Shown here: positions 10,681-22,078 of the stretch, one piece after another | How the letters are laid out: the number at the start of each line of letters is the position of its first letter | How positions within the stretch are numbered: position 1 is the first letter of the stretch | From: Savitreella phatthalungensis | Taxonomy: Eukaryota | Direction of reading: 5' to 3' | NCBI GenBank assembly: GCA_051599415.1 | Contig: AP039699.1 | Location: 186,001 to 250,000, forward strand | DNA: 64,000 nucleotides | Made by a program: the position numbers and the translations under genes | The notes under the pieces: generated by a model | Told to the model about the DNA's origin: nothing | Database searches by the model: none | The model's input: the letters and a program-made list of their open reading frames with translations, nothing else

Positions 10681-11868
10681 ATCACGCTCTCGGTCAGTCT
10701 GGCTAAGAAACTCCATCGGTTGCCGCGGGCTCGGCTCTTGAAGTTCCACCAACTCCCCCTGCTCCACCGTCAACCGACGCTCCGCCTCTATGCTGCTCTC
10801 CTGCGCGCCACCCGGCGCTTTGATGACGATCCACCGCTCCACCGCTGCCTGCTCCACCAGATCCGGTCGTCCTTCCACAAGTACAAATCATCCACATCGC
10901 TCGACCTCGTCCGCCGACTATCGCGCGACGCCATCACCGCTCATACACACCTAGCTCTCGCAACCTCCATCTTCCCTGACATCGAGCCCTACACACCACA
11001 TCCCACAGACACCATCGTCACCCCATACACCCACACCAGCACGACAGATGAGCTGAAGGCAGCCGTCGCAGACCGGGAAACGGTGCTAGCGAGGTTGGAC
11101 CAGATGCGAGCGGGTTGGGTAGAGCGGTTTGGGGATGGTGAGTGGGAGGATGGGGATCCTCGGGGGTTGGTTGGAAGGTGTTATGATGAGCGTGTGTTGG
11201 TGAGGGCGAGGGGTAGGAGGATGCTTTTGGAGGGGTGGGAGCAGGAGGAGGAGGAGGGGGTAAGGGAGAGGAAAGGAGTTGAGGAGAAGGCGTTGGAGGA
11301 AGGTAGGAAGTTGATTGTCGCTTATGATAATCAGAAACAGCCGTTCTTCCGCCTCCGCTCAAATCTGCCGAAGGCGAAAGGCAAGAAGGACAAGCAGGGA
11401 TCGCCAGAGGCGCGCAGGGGTGAGGTGATCGACAAGGATGAGCAGGAGCGAGCACAGGCACAGATGAGATTAGATACGCTCGCTCGCAAGCTGACAGGCA
11501 AGAACGAGGTCAACAGGGGGAGGAGCATGCCACTACAGTTGAGGGCGAGGTTGAAATCGCTACAGAAGCGACTGGATCTCTCGCAGAAACTATCGAGCGA
11601 TCGGGAGGATGCCGTGAGCGAGGAACAATTCCTCGCGAATGCGCTGCGGCAAGAGAAGCCGCAGGGCGCTAAGCGCGCGAAAGATTCAGCAGCCGACGAC
11701 GCCATCTCAGGCTGGGTGGACGAGATCGATCTGGCGAAAGTGGTGCTCAACACGCGTCAGGCAGACTGGGATCACCGGCGTCGCGAGCGATTTCGGAAGA
11801 TGCTGGACACTGCTGAGCGCGTGAATGCGGAGATCGATCGGAGGACCAAGAAGGAAAATGCCAAGTGA
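10681..11868 (+). CDS. Mitochondrial LYR-motif (Complex1_LYR-like) protein; start unresolved
   Basis: HRQPTLRLYAALLRATRRF...IRSSFHKYK fits an LYR(M) motif with its downstream F. No in-frame ATG lies upstream of the motif. Confidence 0.65.
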   Translation: MTLSVSLAKKLHRLPRARLLKFHQLPLLHRQPTLRLYAALLRATRRFDDDPPLHRCLLHQIRSSFHKYKSSTSLDLVRRLSRDAITAHTHLALATSIFPDIEPYTPHPTDTIVTPYTHTSTTDELKAAVADRETVLARLDQMRAGWVERFGDGEWEDGDPRGLVGRCYDERVLVRARGRRMLLEGWEQEEEEGVRERKGVEEKALEEGRKLIVAYDNQKQPFFRLRSNLPKAKGKKDKQGSPEARRGEVIDKDEQERAQAQMRLDTLARKLTGKNEVNRGRSMPLQLRARLKSLQKRLDLSQKLSSDREDAVSEEQFLANALRQEKPQGAKRAKDSAADDAISGWVDEIDLAKVVLNTRQADWDHRRRERFRKMLDTAERVNAEIDRRTKKENAK

Positions 11869-11887
11869 TCTCGTGAGGAAGGACGGA

Positions 11888-13603
11888 CTACGCGACTGAG
11901 CGCTCAGCTTCCTCCCATGACTCCAGGCACTTGCTAGCCCAATCGATATAGGCAGTGGCGACGGCAGCCATCAGCCCACGCCAGTCCTCCTGCCGACCGA
12001 GCTCGAACGTGCCTACCTCCTGCGACACTTTGTCGTCGATGTACGCGAGATCACGACCGGCATTTGCATGTGCCGTCTCCAAGGATGCAATCAACTCTCG
12101 CGTGGACCCGATCTTCTGTCGACGTGCAAGCGCAGGGTCCGTGTCAGTGAGAGAGTGGATCGCGTGGTTTAACCGACCCATCAGCTTGAAGCCAGAAGAC
12201 GACAGAGACGATTTCCGTGGGCCTGTCGACGGACTGCTCGTCGTCGTAGTACTACCATTCATCCCAGGGGATGCAGCGTAGCCGTAAGGAGTCTGAGTCT
12301 GTTGTGGAGTCGTGGTCGCGGTGGTACTGTTCTCACCGCCTGCGGGTCGTTGTGGAGTGGCTAGGTCGTGCGTTGGCGGGAATTCTCCAGCAGCTGGAGG
12401 TTGTGCATCTTGGTATCTGCCAAGAGCACCATCGATTCGACGCGCTTCGTTCTCGGACGCGACCAGTCCGTCGAGGGAGTGCCGTTTGGACTCTAGAAGA
12501 TCCGTCGCATGCTCGACCTGCGTGATCTTTTGACGGCGATATTTGAGTACCTGCCTGACAATCGATAACAGCTGTCCTTGTTCCTGCAACGGCTCCCCAA
12601 ACACGTGCCCGAGCGCATTCACCAGATTCGTGGTTGCTAAGTATGTCTCATCACAAGCTTGTCCGAGCTTCTCGACTGCGACAGCAGTGGAGCCCTGTTC
12701 GGACAAGCTGAATGCGTTGAACTGTGCTCCGAGCTCGTTGTAATCAACTGCAAGGTCGCCGTATCGTTTGACCATCCGCCGATTCGTCTTTTCGATAGTC
12801 GAGTTGAGCAACGACTCAAATTCCTTCGACGAATTCTCCACCTTGCGTAATCTCTCAGAGACGGGATCCGTCATGGTCTTTGACTTCTTCGATGTATGTG
12901 ACGGGATGGGCAGATTCGAGTATGCGAGGTCGCCGTGAGCTGAGGCAGGATTTGATGGTGGCCCGCGAAGGACATTCTTCGGCAAGAGGGAAATAGGCGC
13001 AGACACGAGTACCTCGCTCCAGGAGACGTTCGAGTCGAGAAATTTGAGAAATACAGGCTCCGATCGGAGATCTTTATGAGCCGATAACCTCCGTAAGAAT
13101 ACTTCGAGCATGCGTTTGCGGTGCTCAATCAAATTTGCATCTTCTCGAGCTTTTGCTGGACCAGCGGTATAGTCTGTCAGACTCTGTTTCTCAGGAATCG
13201 GGGGAACGACAACGCATGGATACAGACGAGCTAGGTTGGACCGTAAACTCTCAAAATCGCTGTATCGTCGGCGCGCCTCTAGATCGCCAGTCCGGATCTT
13301 ATAGACAATGTGTGATCCGTGGCCTTCCTGATTCTTGCCGGCGTCAGGAATGTAGATCTGCCCGCCGGACTCGAGGAAGGCAGGAATCTGCTCCAGATGT
13401 CTGCAAGGGCTGACAACCGTGATTGACGATCTACGCTGCATCTCAGGAAAGACGGGCAGGTGTGGTGTGTCAGCTGCTGTCGAAGAGTCTACGTGTAGAG
13501 GAGGTGGCGGGGGAACGGAGGAGTCCGCTGTGCTGGCAGGTGATTGAAAGTAGCTCGGTCTGTCTGCTGCATTACCAAATGGGTCATTGTCCTCGAAGGA
13601 CAT
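11888..13603 (-). CDS. SNX41: PX-BAR sorting nexin (Snx41/Atg20 family)
   Basis: PX motifs ARRRYSDFESLR, VVPPIPEK and IEHRKRMLEVFLRR, followed by a helical BAR region. ATG at 13603 (MSFEDNDPF). Confidence 0.85.
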   Translation of the reverse strand: MSFEDNDPFGNAADRPSYFQSPASTADSSVPPPPPLHVDSSTAADTPHLPVFPEMQRRSSITVVSPCRHLEQIPAFLESGGQIYIPDAGKNQEGHGSHIVYKIRTGDLEARRRYSDFESLRSNLARLYPCVVVPPIPEKQSLTDYTAGPAKAREDANLIEHRKRMLEVFLRRLSAHKDLRSEPVFLKFLDSNVSWSEVLVSAPISLLPKNVLRGPPSNPASAHGDLAYSNLPIPSHTSKKSKTMTDPVSERLRKVENSSKEFESLLNSTIEKTNRRMVKRYGDLAVDYNELGAQFNAFSLSEQGSTAVAVEKLGQACDETYLATTNLVNALGHVFGEPLQEQGQLLSIVRQVLKYRRQKITQVEHATDLLESKRHSLDGLVASENEARRIDGALGRYQDAQPPAAGEFPPTHDLATPQRPAGGENSTTATTTPQQTQTPYGYAASPGMNGSTTTTSSPSTGPRKSSLSSSGFKLMGRLNHAIHSLTDTDPALARRQKIGSTRELIASLETAHANAGRDLAYIDDKVSQEVGTFELGRQEDWRGLMAAVATAYIDWASKCLESWEEAERSVA

Positions 13604-14265
13604 GACGGAGAAGCCACAGAGTGTAAAGAATGAGAAAAAGGGCTCAGAAGCTGTAGGAACAGATGTTATGGGCAAGCGGGATCAGATTGCTCCAGATGGA
13701 CGGATCGCTTGAGTGGAAGCTTAAGCACCGATGAGGGCCGAGAGTATTGTTTGATGGCGGACTTGACGGTTCAATTTGCGCGCGAATGGATAGAGAGAAT
13801 GGAAAGTCCCAAATGTGAAGTCGATAGGGGCGCTCCACTCGAAGTCCCTCGTAGAGATTGCGTGCAGAGATGTTTGTATGGAGACTTGACGGGTTGATGT
13901 TGACGTAGATGTGGGTGGATGCGCATAAGGGTTTGATCTCCACATCGATTATGCATCCTACGCAGCTCTAGACTTGCGCCCAGAGTCATATCGAAGGCTA
14001 GCTAGATCAAAATCATATCTGTTCTGAGTAGATCTGAGAGAGCGACCGATCCAAACACGTGAAAGGCTCCTGAAATCTCGATTTTCACGTTGCCGAGCTG
14101 GACACACAAATTGGTGTTATCTAAATCAAGCTATTCGTTGAGATATAAATTAGAGAGATGCAGTGCTAATACTACATCAGCTAAGGGTCTAGTTCGCCGA
14201 TACTAATTCTTTCTACGTACCTATCCTTGCACATTGGAGTACCTACAGTTCCTATATACATCGAT

Positions 14266-15662
14266 CCCATTAGAATTTGAACCCCAGACTTTTAGTATGG
14301 GTTTAGTCTGGGTTTTTCTAGTATGGGTATAGTATGGGTATAGTATGTGATTAGTATGGGTTTTGTATGCGATTTTGGTGACCGCGGTTTGACTGGGTTT
14401 AGTCTGGGGTGTGAATTTGCGGGGCCGGAAAGTCTGCGGTTTGTCTGAGGTAGATTTTCCACGTGCAAGTTTCAGTCTGAGGTATGTCTGGGGTGTTTCG
14501 GATAAACTCTATGTGGGGCTAGTCTGGGTGTACTCTGGGTAAAGTCTGTGGTCATGTGCATGAGATTGATGAGGTCGTTCCGCATAGATGGACACAATCT
14601 GTTCCGCATAGATTGTTGCTGACAGCTCTGACAGATGACGACCTGATGACTCAAAGCACACTGCCTAGACACTGTCAGTAAAGTAGAATGAGAAGAGAGG
14701 GCACTCATAGCAGATAGAAAGCTCGTTTCAGATATATTGAGTCTGACTGACGTTACTGAAAGGTGTTAGTGCAGATTGATACAGTGAATGAGCTTACAAG
14801 GTTTGTTGTGAGTAGATTGCGCATTGATGTCGCGTGTTTCCGCTTGATGGCCAATACATTGAACTTGAGACAGTGTCAGCGCTGCAGATTGAAAGGATTC
14901 AGAGACTCACACTTTCTGTGTCCGGTTGATGGAGCTTGTCATGTGTGTTTCAGGTTGACAACATCTGGAAGCAAGTGCGTGTCAGTAGCGTACAGGGCAC
15001 AGATAGATACAGCTCACAGTGAGATGCCGAAGGCGCTTTGTCAAAGATTGACCTGATAAACCTGAGACAGATTATCGTCGGAAACAGAAGAGCAGTTGCA
15101 AGTGTTGTACATAGACTTTGGTCAGTCTCAGTTTGACAAGCCATGCAAGATGATGTGAAACAGATTACCGTTGGAAGTAGATTTCCAAGTTGAATAGGTG
15201 TCATACTGTCTATATGAGACATAGTGTGCGACAAGTTTATATAAGCTAGACTAGGACTGCAGCGGAGCCTGTACATTCAATGACTTTGGCAATTTCTGAC
15301 TTAGCCGTTTCAGAATATTTCTGACTTGGCCATTTCAGTGTGTCTTAGTCTGGGGTTAGTCTGAGGTAGATTACAGAATCTGCGGTGAGTGTGGGGTTTG
15401 TCTGCGGTAGGTCTGGGTACAGTATGGGTTCCATCTTGAGACCTGTCAATCTGGCGTGTTGTCTGGGGTTGATCTGAGGTATGTCTGGGGTTGAGTGCCC
15501 ACGTGCTTTTTGCCTCATATTGAGTATGGGTTTTGTCTGGGTATGAAACAAAGTCTGTGATTTTTCTGGGTTTAGTCTAGGTTTAGTATGGGTATAATTC
15601 TTGGCTATAGTGTGAAGTCTGGGTTTTGTATGCGAAAAGTCTGAGTTTCAAATTCGATAGGG
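14266..15662. mobile_element. Non-autonomous TIR DNA transposon (CACTA/CMC-like), about 1.4 kb, with subterminal repeat arrays
   Basis: Imperfect TIRs of about 30 bp: left CCCATTAGAATTTGAACCCCAGACTTTT, right end reverse-complemented CCCTATCGAATTTGAAACTCAGACTTTT. AT dinucleotide on both flanks (14264-14265, 15663-15664). Many AGT(C/A)TG(G/A/C)G units at ~14295-14550 and ~15345-15645. No transposase ORF. Confidence 0.75.
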
Positions 15663-17396
15663 ATCTATCGGATTTTATGAACAGAGACCCGAGGGTTCAA
15701 GCACGTGATTTACTGATTTCGTGCATTCAACGTCTTCTACTCTTCCAGACTTTTACAACCCCTGAGTTGCTGCTGCCCACACGAACGCTTCTCTTTGCAG
15801 AACGGCGACATTGACCATGGCCGAAAACATAATTGGTTTGTTAGAGCTCGAGCTCATGCTAATACACAAGATCCTGACGACGAGACCTCGCTGACTGCCA
15901 GAAGCAGCTAGCTAGCAAGAGATCGAGCAGAGGAGAGCGAGTGACGATGATGTTAATTACGAATCAAACAAACAGCCGATATTAAACTAGCTGAGCGACA
16001 CATTCACATGCACCACCCTCTGACGCTCCATCCTCTGTCCAATCTCTTATAGCAAAGCTCTTCAGCAAACCACAAGCATCCTCAATTGACGAACTGATCG
16101 AGCTGACCACGATGGGGTTGAGGATTTTGCACAGACAAGGCCATGCCATGAGATTATGCCTCAGACATGAGCGTGCACGCCTCTTTCAGCCTTCGATGAG
16201 TTCAATTGGCCGAATGCATGACAGGTGGACCGTGGCTCTTATTTGAATTTTTGACCTTTCATTTCACTCGCAATGCCTCTACCAATGACGACAAACAACA
16301 TCAATTATTCAGTTCTGCTTCTGACAAACCAGTCTTGGAGACAAACAGTACTTACCAAAATTCTATGTCTGAGGTTCAGTTGGCTTTCCGAGTAATTCGA
16401 AAGAATGGTCAAGGGTTCACAAAAGATCTCAAGTTCAACGACAGTCAGGTAATCTAACGCCGTCGTGGTGTACACACCATTGCAATACAGATACTGTGTA
16501 ATACAGATACTGTGTATCTCCGATGATCAAGGTCTCACCCCAGAATCACATCATTCAACGTCTGTCAACTATGTGTTTTGCCTCACTCATTCTCTAGCAA
16601 ACCCTTGTCTACTGCCGTGTCTCAGACTTTCATGTCTTCCACTGACTTGCATGTGAATCAACCGCCATGAACTCCCACCACGGCTGCCCACGTGTTTTTG
16701 GGACCGTCGTTTCCGATAGCTGCAGTGAGTGTAAATCCATATAATTTATAGTTACAAATGCATTCATCCATCGATTCATCCATTCATTCACTCGATCGAG
16801 TGATCAAATATTCAGTCCATCTATCCCTCCTGAGTAGCTTGTGCTTGTCGCTTAAGTTGGACGGATTGAGTAGGAGATTTGGTGAGCCCCTATTTTGGTT
16901 CCGATCCGTGGACTAAAGTTCTTCCAGTTCAGCTAGTTCAACTATTTGTTGATACAGATACTTGAATTTCTGTCGAAGCCAATTGACACTATCATGTGAA
17001 TCTCTGCCCGAATAATTAGATAGTCTAAATTCAATGCTATATCCCTCCCTTCGATTCGATAATTCTGATCTCTACTGTCTCTGATTCCTCTTACTCCCAC
17101 ACGTTTAGCGGGCACGGCACAGCATACCACAGCACACTCTCATCACAGTTATTATTGTCCAAGCCCTTAAGCACGGCCCTTTCACACACGCACTCACTCT
17201 TTAGTCACACCACGTCCCCCTGGATTGATCAAGCAGGTCACAGGGCGAGCATACGCACTCTTCTGGTGTTGTGTGCCGTCATCAACCAAGACACATCACG
17301 CGCCTGGACCATCAATTCGCTGCACAACACATTACAGAGTCGCGTTCAACCTCAGACTCACTGCCTCATTGCGAGAAATAGCGACATAACACAGCC

Positions 17397-18922
17397 ATGA
17401 AGTCGCGAAAGTATCATCATGGACGCGTAAGTATTCATCTGCATCCAGCTCTGTCATCCATCAAAACACATACTGACTCCTCAAGGGCATCAATGGTGGA
17501 TCATTCAGCATTTCTACAGACAAGTTCAGCTCAACACGGCTAGACTCTTCCCTGTTGCGGAACAACTACGTCAGAGTCGGTCTGTGTGCGTGTGTCCTGC
17601 TAGTCATCTTTCTCATCATACCAGATGTACGTGAGGGTGTTGCAGGACCAGCTGCCCTTGGCACCGTTGCTACACTCTTCGCCAACGTAGGATCGCGTGG
17701 AAGCACTCGGATACCAACAGTCAAACACTACGATCTCGGCAACTCCATTGGCACAGACCACGGCTGGGAACGTGGCGAGCGGATTCTCTTCTGCGCACCA
17801 TTGCGTGACGCAGCGCAGCATCTGCCAATGTTCTTCTCTCACCTGCGCAACCTGACATACCCACATCATCTCATCGACCTTGCTTTCCTCGTTTCCGACT
17901 CGAAGGATAACACGATGGGCGAGCTTGTCACACGTCTCGACGAGATCCAGGCATCAGCCGATGTCGACATGCGATTTGGGGAAATCAGCATCCTCGAAAA
18001 GGATTTCGGCCAGGCAATTGGTCAGAGCTTCTCTGACCGTCACGGGTTTGCCGCTCAAGGTCCACGTCGCAAGTTGATGGCACGTGCTCGAAACTGGCTT
18101 CTCACGGCGACACTAAAGCCGGAGCACGCGTGGGTGTACTGGCGTGACGTGGATGTCGAGACTGCACCACCGTCGATCCTCGAGGACCTGATGCGTCACG
18201 ACAAGGACATCATCGTGCCGAATGTGTGGCGGCCTCTGCCTGACTGGCTCGGCGGAGAGCAACCTTACGACCTTAACTCTTGGGCAGAGTCCGAGACGGC
18301 GCTCAAGCTCGCAGACTCGCTGGCCGAGGATGCCGTCATCGTCGAGGGTTATGCAGAGTACGCCACTTGGCGACCTCATCTTGCATACCTGCGCGACCCT
18401 TACGGCGACCCAGACGAGGAAATGCCACTGGATGGCATAGGCGGCGTCTCCATTCTGGCACGTGCCTCGGTCTTTCGATCGGGGTGTCACTTCCCTGCAT
18501 TCTCATTCGAGAAGCATGCAGAGACAGAAGGATTCGGCAAACTTGCACGACGAATGGGCTACTCAGTCGTTGGTCTGCCGCACTACGTCATCTGGCACCT
18601 TTACGAACCTTCGATCGATGACCTGAAGCACATGGAGGAGATGGAGAAGGAGCGCCTTGCGAAAGAGGCAGAGGAATTGAAGCAGAAGCACGAAGCCGCC
18701 GGTCACAAGGCGGCTAAAGATCGATGGGAGCAAGACCAAAAGGCTCTATTCGGGGATGCATCACATGCTGGACTCGAAGGAGGCGAGGCAGGACCACTCG
18801 CCCATGCAGGAGAGGCTAAAGCACAGAGGCCAGCATCAGGTCAAAATCCCAATGACAACAGCCCATCAGAGAATGGACAGACCCTGCCAGACGGTTCGCC
18901 TGCTAAGCAAAGAGGGCCTTGA
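17397..18922 (+). CDS. ANP1: Golgi mannan polymerase subunit, Anp1/Van1 family; exons 17397-17426 and 17486-18922
   Basis: TM anchor, then DRHGFAAQGPRRKLMARARNWLL, WVYWRDVDVE, PYDLNSW and HAETEGFGKLA. A 59-nt GTAAGT..CTGAC..AAG intron joins ATG 17397 in frame. Confidence 0.9.
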
Positions 18923-20892
18923 AAAAAGAAAGAAGGGGATATGTTACCATCACAGTCGCCGTCGTAATCTCCTGCATCACCCTTGTCGAGCTTATTTTTC
19001 ACTAAAGAACTTCTAGACCACCCTGAATCAATGATCACGTTTACACAAAAGCAGCTGTACTGATCCAGAGATGAGTTGAGATTTGGCGTTGCGTGTGAGA
19101 AGGCGTCATCCCGGGTCTGATGGATTTAGCGTGCGTGCTAAGCACCCATACATTCATGCCCGCCACGTGTATGTGTCCACCGGATCAATTTCAGAAATTC
19201 AGAAGCTCGTTCAAAACCAGGAATTTCTTCAGCATCCGGAAATCTCCAAATTCCATAGCGGATCCGCTGTGGGTCACGCGTGCTCCCCATCTCTCCTCTC
19301 CTCTCCCGTGCCATGCATGACCTATCTAATGCACAACCGGCTAAATCGCGATTCAACACTTCCTGTAACACGACCGGGGTTCCAGATTAGCAACATATGC
19401 AAATCGCGATAATGTGACCGCGCACGCGGAAGCGATTGAGTTCAAACGAGGTGGATGAATTCTGTCGTTGGAGAATAAGCTCTCCTGTGCAGAAGCTACA
19501 GCGCGCGATGTCCTCTGCATGATAGGGAGAATGCTCGGAACTCTATCTCCACAGATCATTTGCTCGAACAAAAAAGTTCCGGCTGATGGATCGACAGGAT
19601 GTGAAGCGGGTGTAAGTGCGATTGGAGGAACCTCGAGTAGCTATCTACCGAGCGATCATTGAACAATCCGCGGGGAAATGGGTCATGGCAGCCAGTCAAT
19701 CTCGCAACCGACCTTCCATGCACAAGAGAAACGATTGAGAAAACCCACGATACTGGTCGATGCCGCCGATTGGAACGTTTTTGTTCTCTGGTTCTCAGGT
19801 TCAATCTATCTGGGTTCCAGAGTTTTATCGGAGGAGACTCCCTATATCAGAGTAGATTTGAGGGATTCACACGTGTTCAGACGCCACAGACGACCTGGCT
19901 ATCTGCGTACAGACGGCGAGATTGAAGTTGATTTTGGTCCGATGTATCAGGAGGTAAGAATGACGTTTGACCTGAATAGTTTGAATCGAACATTAGTTTC
20001 GAATTCGAGATTTTCATGCGACCCGATTCGAATTGGGGTTTGACTGTCTGATGCTATTCCCGAACGCCACCAAAATTTCCTCCATCATCAGTACCAAGAC
20101 CACATCAGATATCCTATGACGATGGAAGTCCCAACCAGAACCGACAAGCTCTACAATTCGCATCCGGCCTAACCTATCTCAGCTTCCAAATCCCTCATCC
20201 CAAAATCAAATACTTGTACACTATCCCACCGCTCAAGCTTTGACCTCGCTTCCAGTCGAGTGAGATAAGCTGTCAAGCTGAGCGGAGTAAGGATTATGTC
20301 GCCTGTTCCGAACAAAATCTCCATCCCTCAGAAGAGCGTCAGAAGCCAATATGAAGACAAGTTCAAGGACGGGTATAGCCGAGAAACAGACGGGTATGTA
20401 GCAAACAAGACTGTAGAGTAGATGCGCGAATTGACACTTCCCAGAACGGCGGATTCCAGAACACGATTGAGTCCGGTTCATCGTGCTCTATCTAGTTTGT
20501 CTGCTCTATTTGTCTCACCCTAGGCTCAACGCAAGTGGCTCCTGATTCACAAAATGACGCGAGAACACGATCGAGCCCTTATGTCACTCAATCACGGATT
20601 GTAAACGGCTCCTGTGACAGCACTTCAAGCAAACCATATTAGCATCGTCCTTCGTCCGCCCGCATCGTCTGGATTCCTGTCGACATTACGGTCACTCTGA
20701 TAAGCCGAACTTCGCGTATTCCTATCTGTCCGACATTGGAAGAGTCCAAAAAGTGGCTAGAACAACTTTCCAACCATTCATACCACTGCAGATCACTTCC
20801 TCCAACTGCAAAAGATCGGCACTTTCCCAGAGCCGCCGCGGTCGTATCCATTCACACCCACAGATCAATTTTACTGTCATAGCTATCCCTTC

Positions 20893-20961
20893 CATCACCA
20901 CCGTCACTATCACCACCACCACCACCACCACAACCACCACAACCACCACCATCACCACCAT
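20893..20961. repeat. (ACC)n microsatellite, imperfect
   Basis: Run of cacc/caac triplets read directly. Confidence 0.9.
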
Positions 20962-21466
20962 TGCGCTTCTCTCGTTCCCATTGAATCCCGTCGGTATCAT
21001 ACACCGTCCACAGCTATCCTCGCCTCAGCGATCGACCCTGTCAAAAAAAAGAGTTTAGACCTAAGAGAGGCGTAACACTAACTCACACCAGAATTACATA
21101 CGTCCACGCTAGTACGCACGCGCTCACCACTATCCCCCATCCCTCGCAACCCGGTAACACCCCAATAGCGAAGTCTACCATCAATAGCCAGGACAAACGA
21201 TCGACACATCTCCTACCTTGCTCGGAAACCAAGCATCCAAGATACGCTGCAGGCGCTCACTCGATCAATCAGGATCAATCAAATCATTCCCTGCCGACCA
21301 ACCCGGGAAATAGCACCTGATCTCAGCACTCAAGTCTCCCATTCATCCACTGTACAGCCTCGACAAGCAAGCAGCCACATCTCCGATAGAGACCGCATTC
21401 CCTCTCCAGAACAGCGCCCTCGAAAACGACCTCAGTTCTGTCGGAGCCAACCGACTGTCTAGGCGT

Positions 21467-21492
21467 TGTGTCTGTGTGTGTGTGTGTGTGTG
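21467..21492. repeat. (TG)n microsatellite
   Basis: tgtgtctgtgtgtgtgtgtgtgtgtg read directly. Confidence 0.9.
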
Positions 21493-21640
21493 CTTGTGCG
21501 CGTGTGCACGCGGGGGTCACCACCACCACCATCACCACACACCACTAACCAACCACGGTACGGCAACTCGACCAACCGCAGGACCACCTCTCCGACGGCG
21601 CATCAATTCCGAATTAGCCTGATTGCTCACTTCAACAGCC

Positions 21641-22045
21641 ATGATCATGCTTGACGATACACATACATTCGACTATAACACCGGCGTGCCGCCCACATCA
21701 CTTTCTGTCTCTACCAGCAGTGTCTCCCCTTCCTCTGCGGCAACCCCTGTCGTCCATCCTCAGCAACCGCAATCCGACTTCCAACCACATCACGCACACT
21801 CGCTATCGCACGACAGCTTTCTTGCGATCGATCCTTCATCTGCAGCCTTTGACGGAGACTTGGATTCTTTCAGTGCTGAAGCGCAACCTCTACAGCTGCA
21901 ACCACAATTACAGCCGCAGCTTGCAGATCTAGCAAAATCGTCTCCCGGTACCAGCAGTCCCCTTCGAGCAACTTCAACAGCTCACGCACGCCGGCGGTCT
22001 TCCTTGGCGCCATACCAAGAAGCCTTGCAGAATCTCCATTTGAGT

Positions 22046-22078
<33 letters not shown>

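Noticed and set aside
14295..15645. GGGTTTAG-like arrays as an interstitial telomere or a CRISPR-like array
   Set aside because: The units are degenerate, lack unique spacers and are enclosed by TIRs, so transposon subterminal repeats explain them better.
16485..16516. 16-bp tandem duplication ATACAGATACTGTGTA
   Set aside because: An isolated slippage-type duplication with no further structure.
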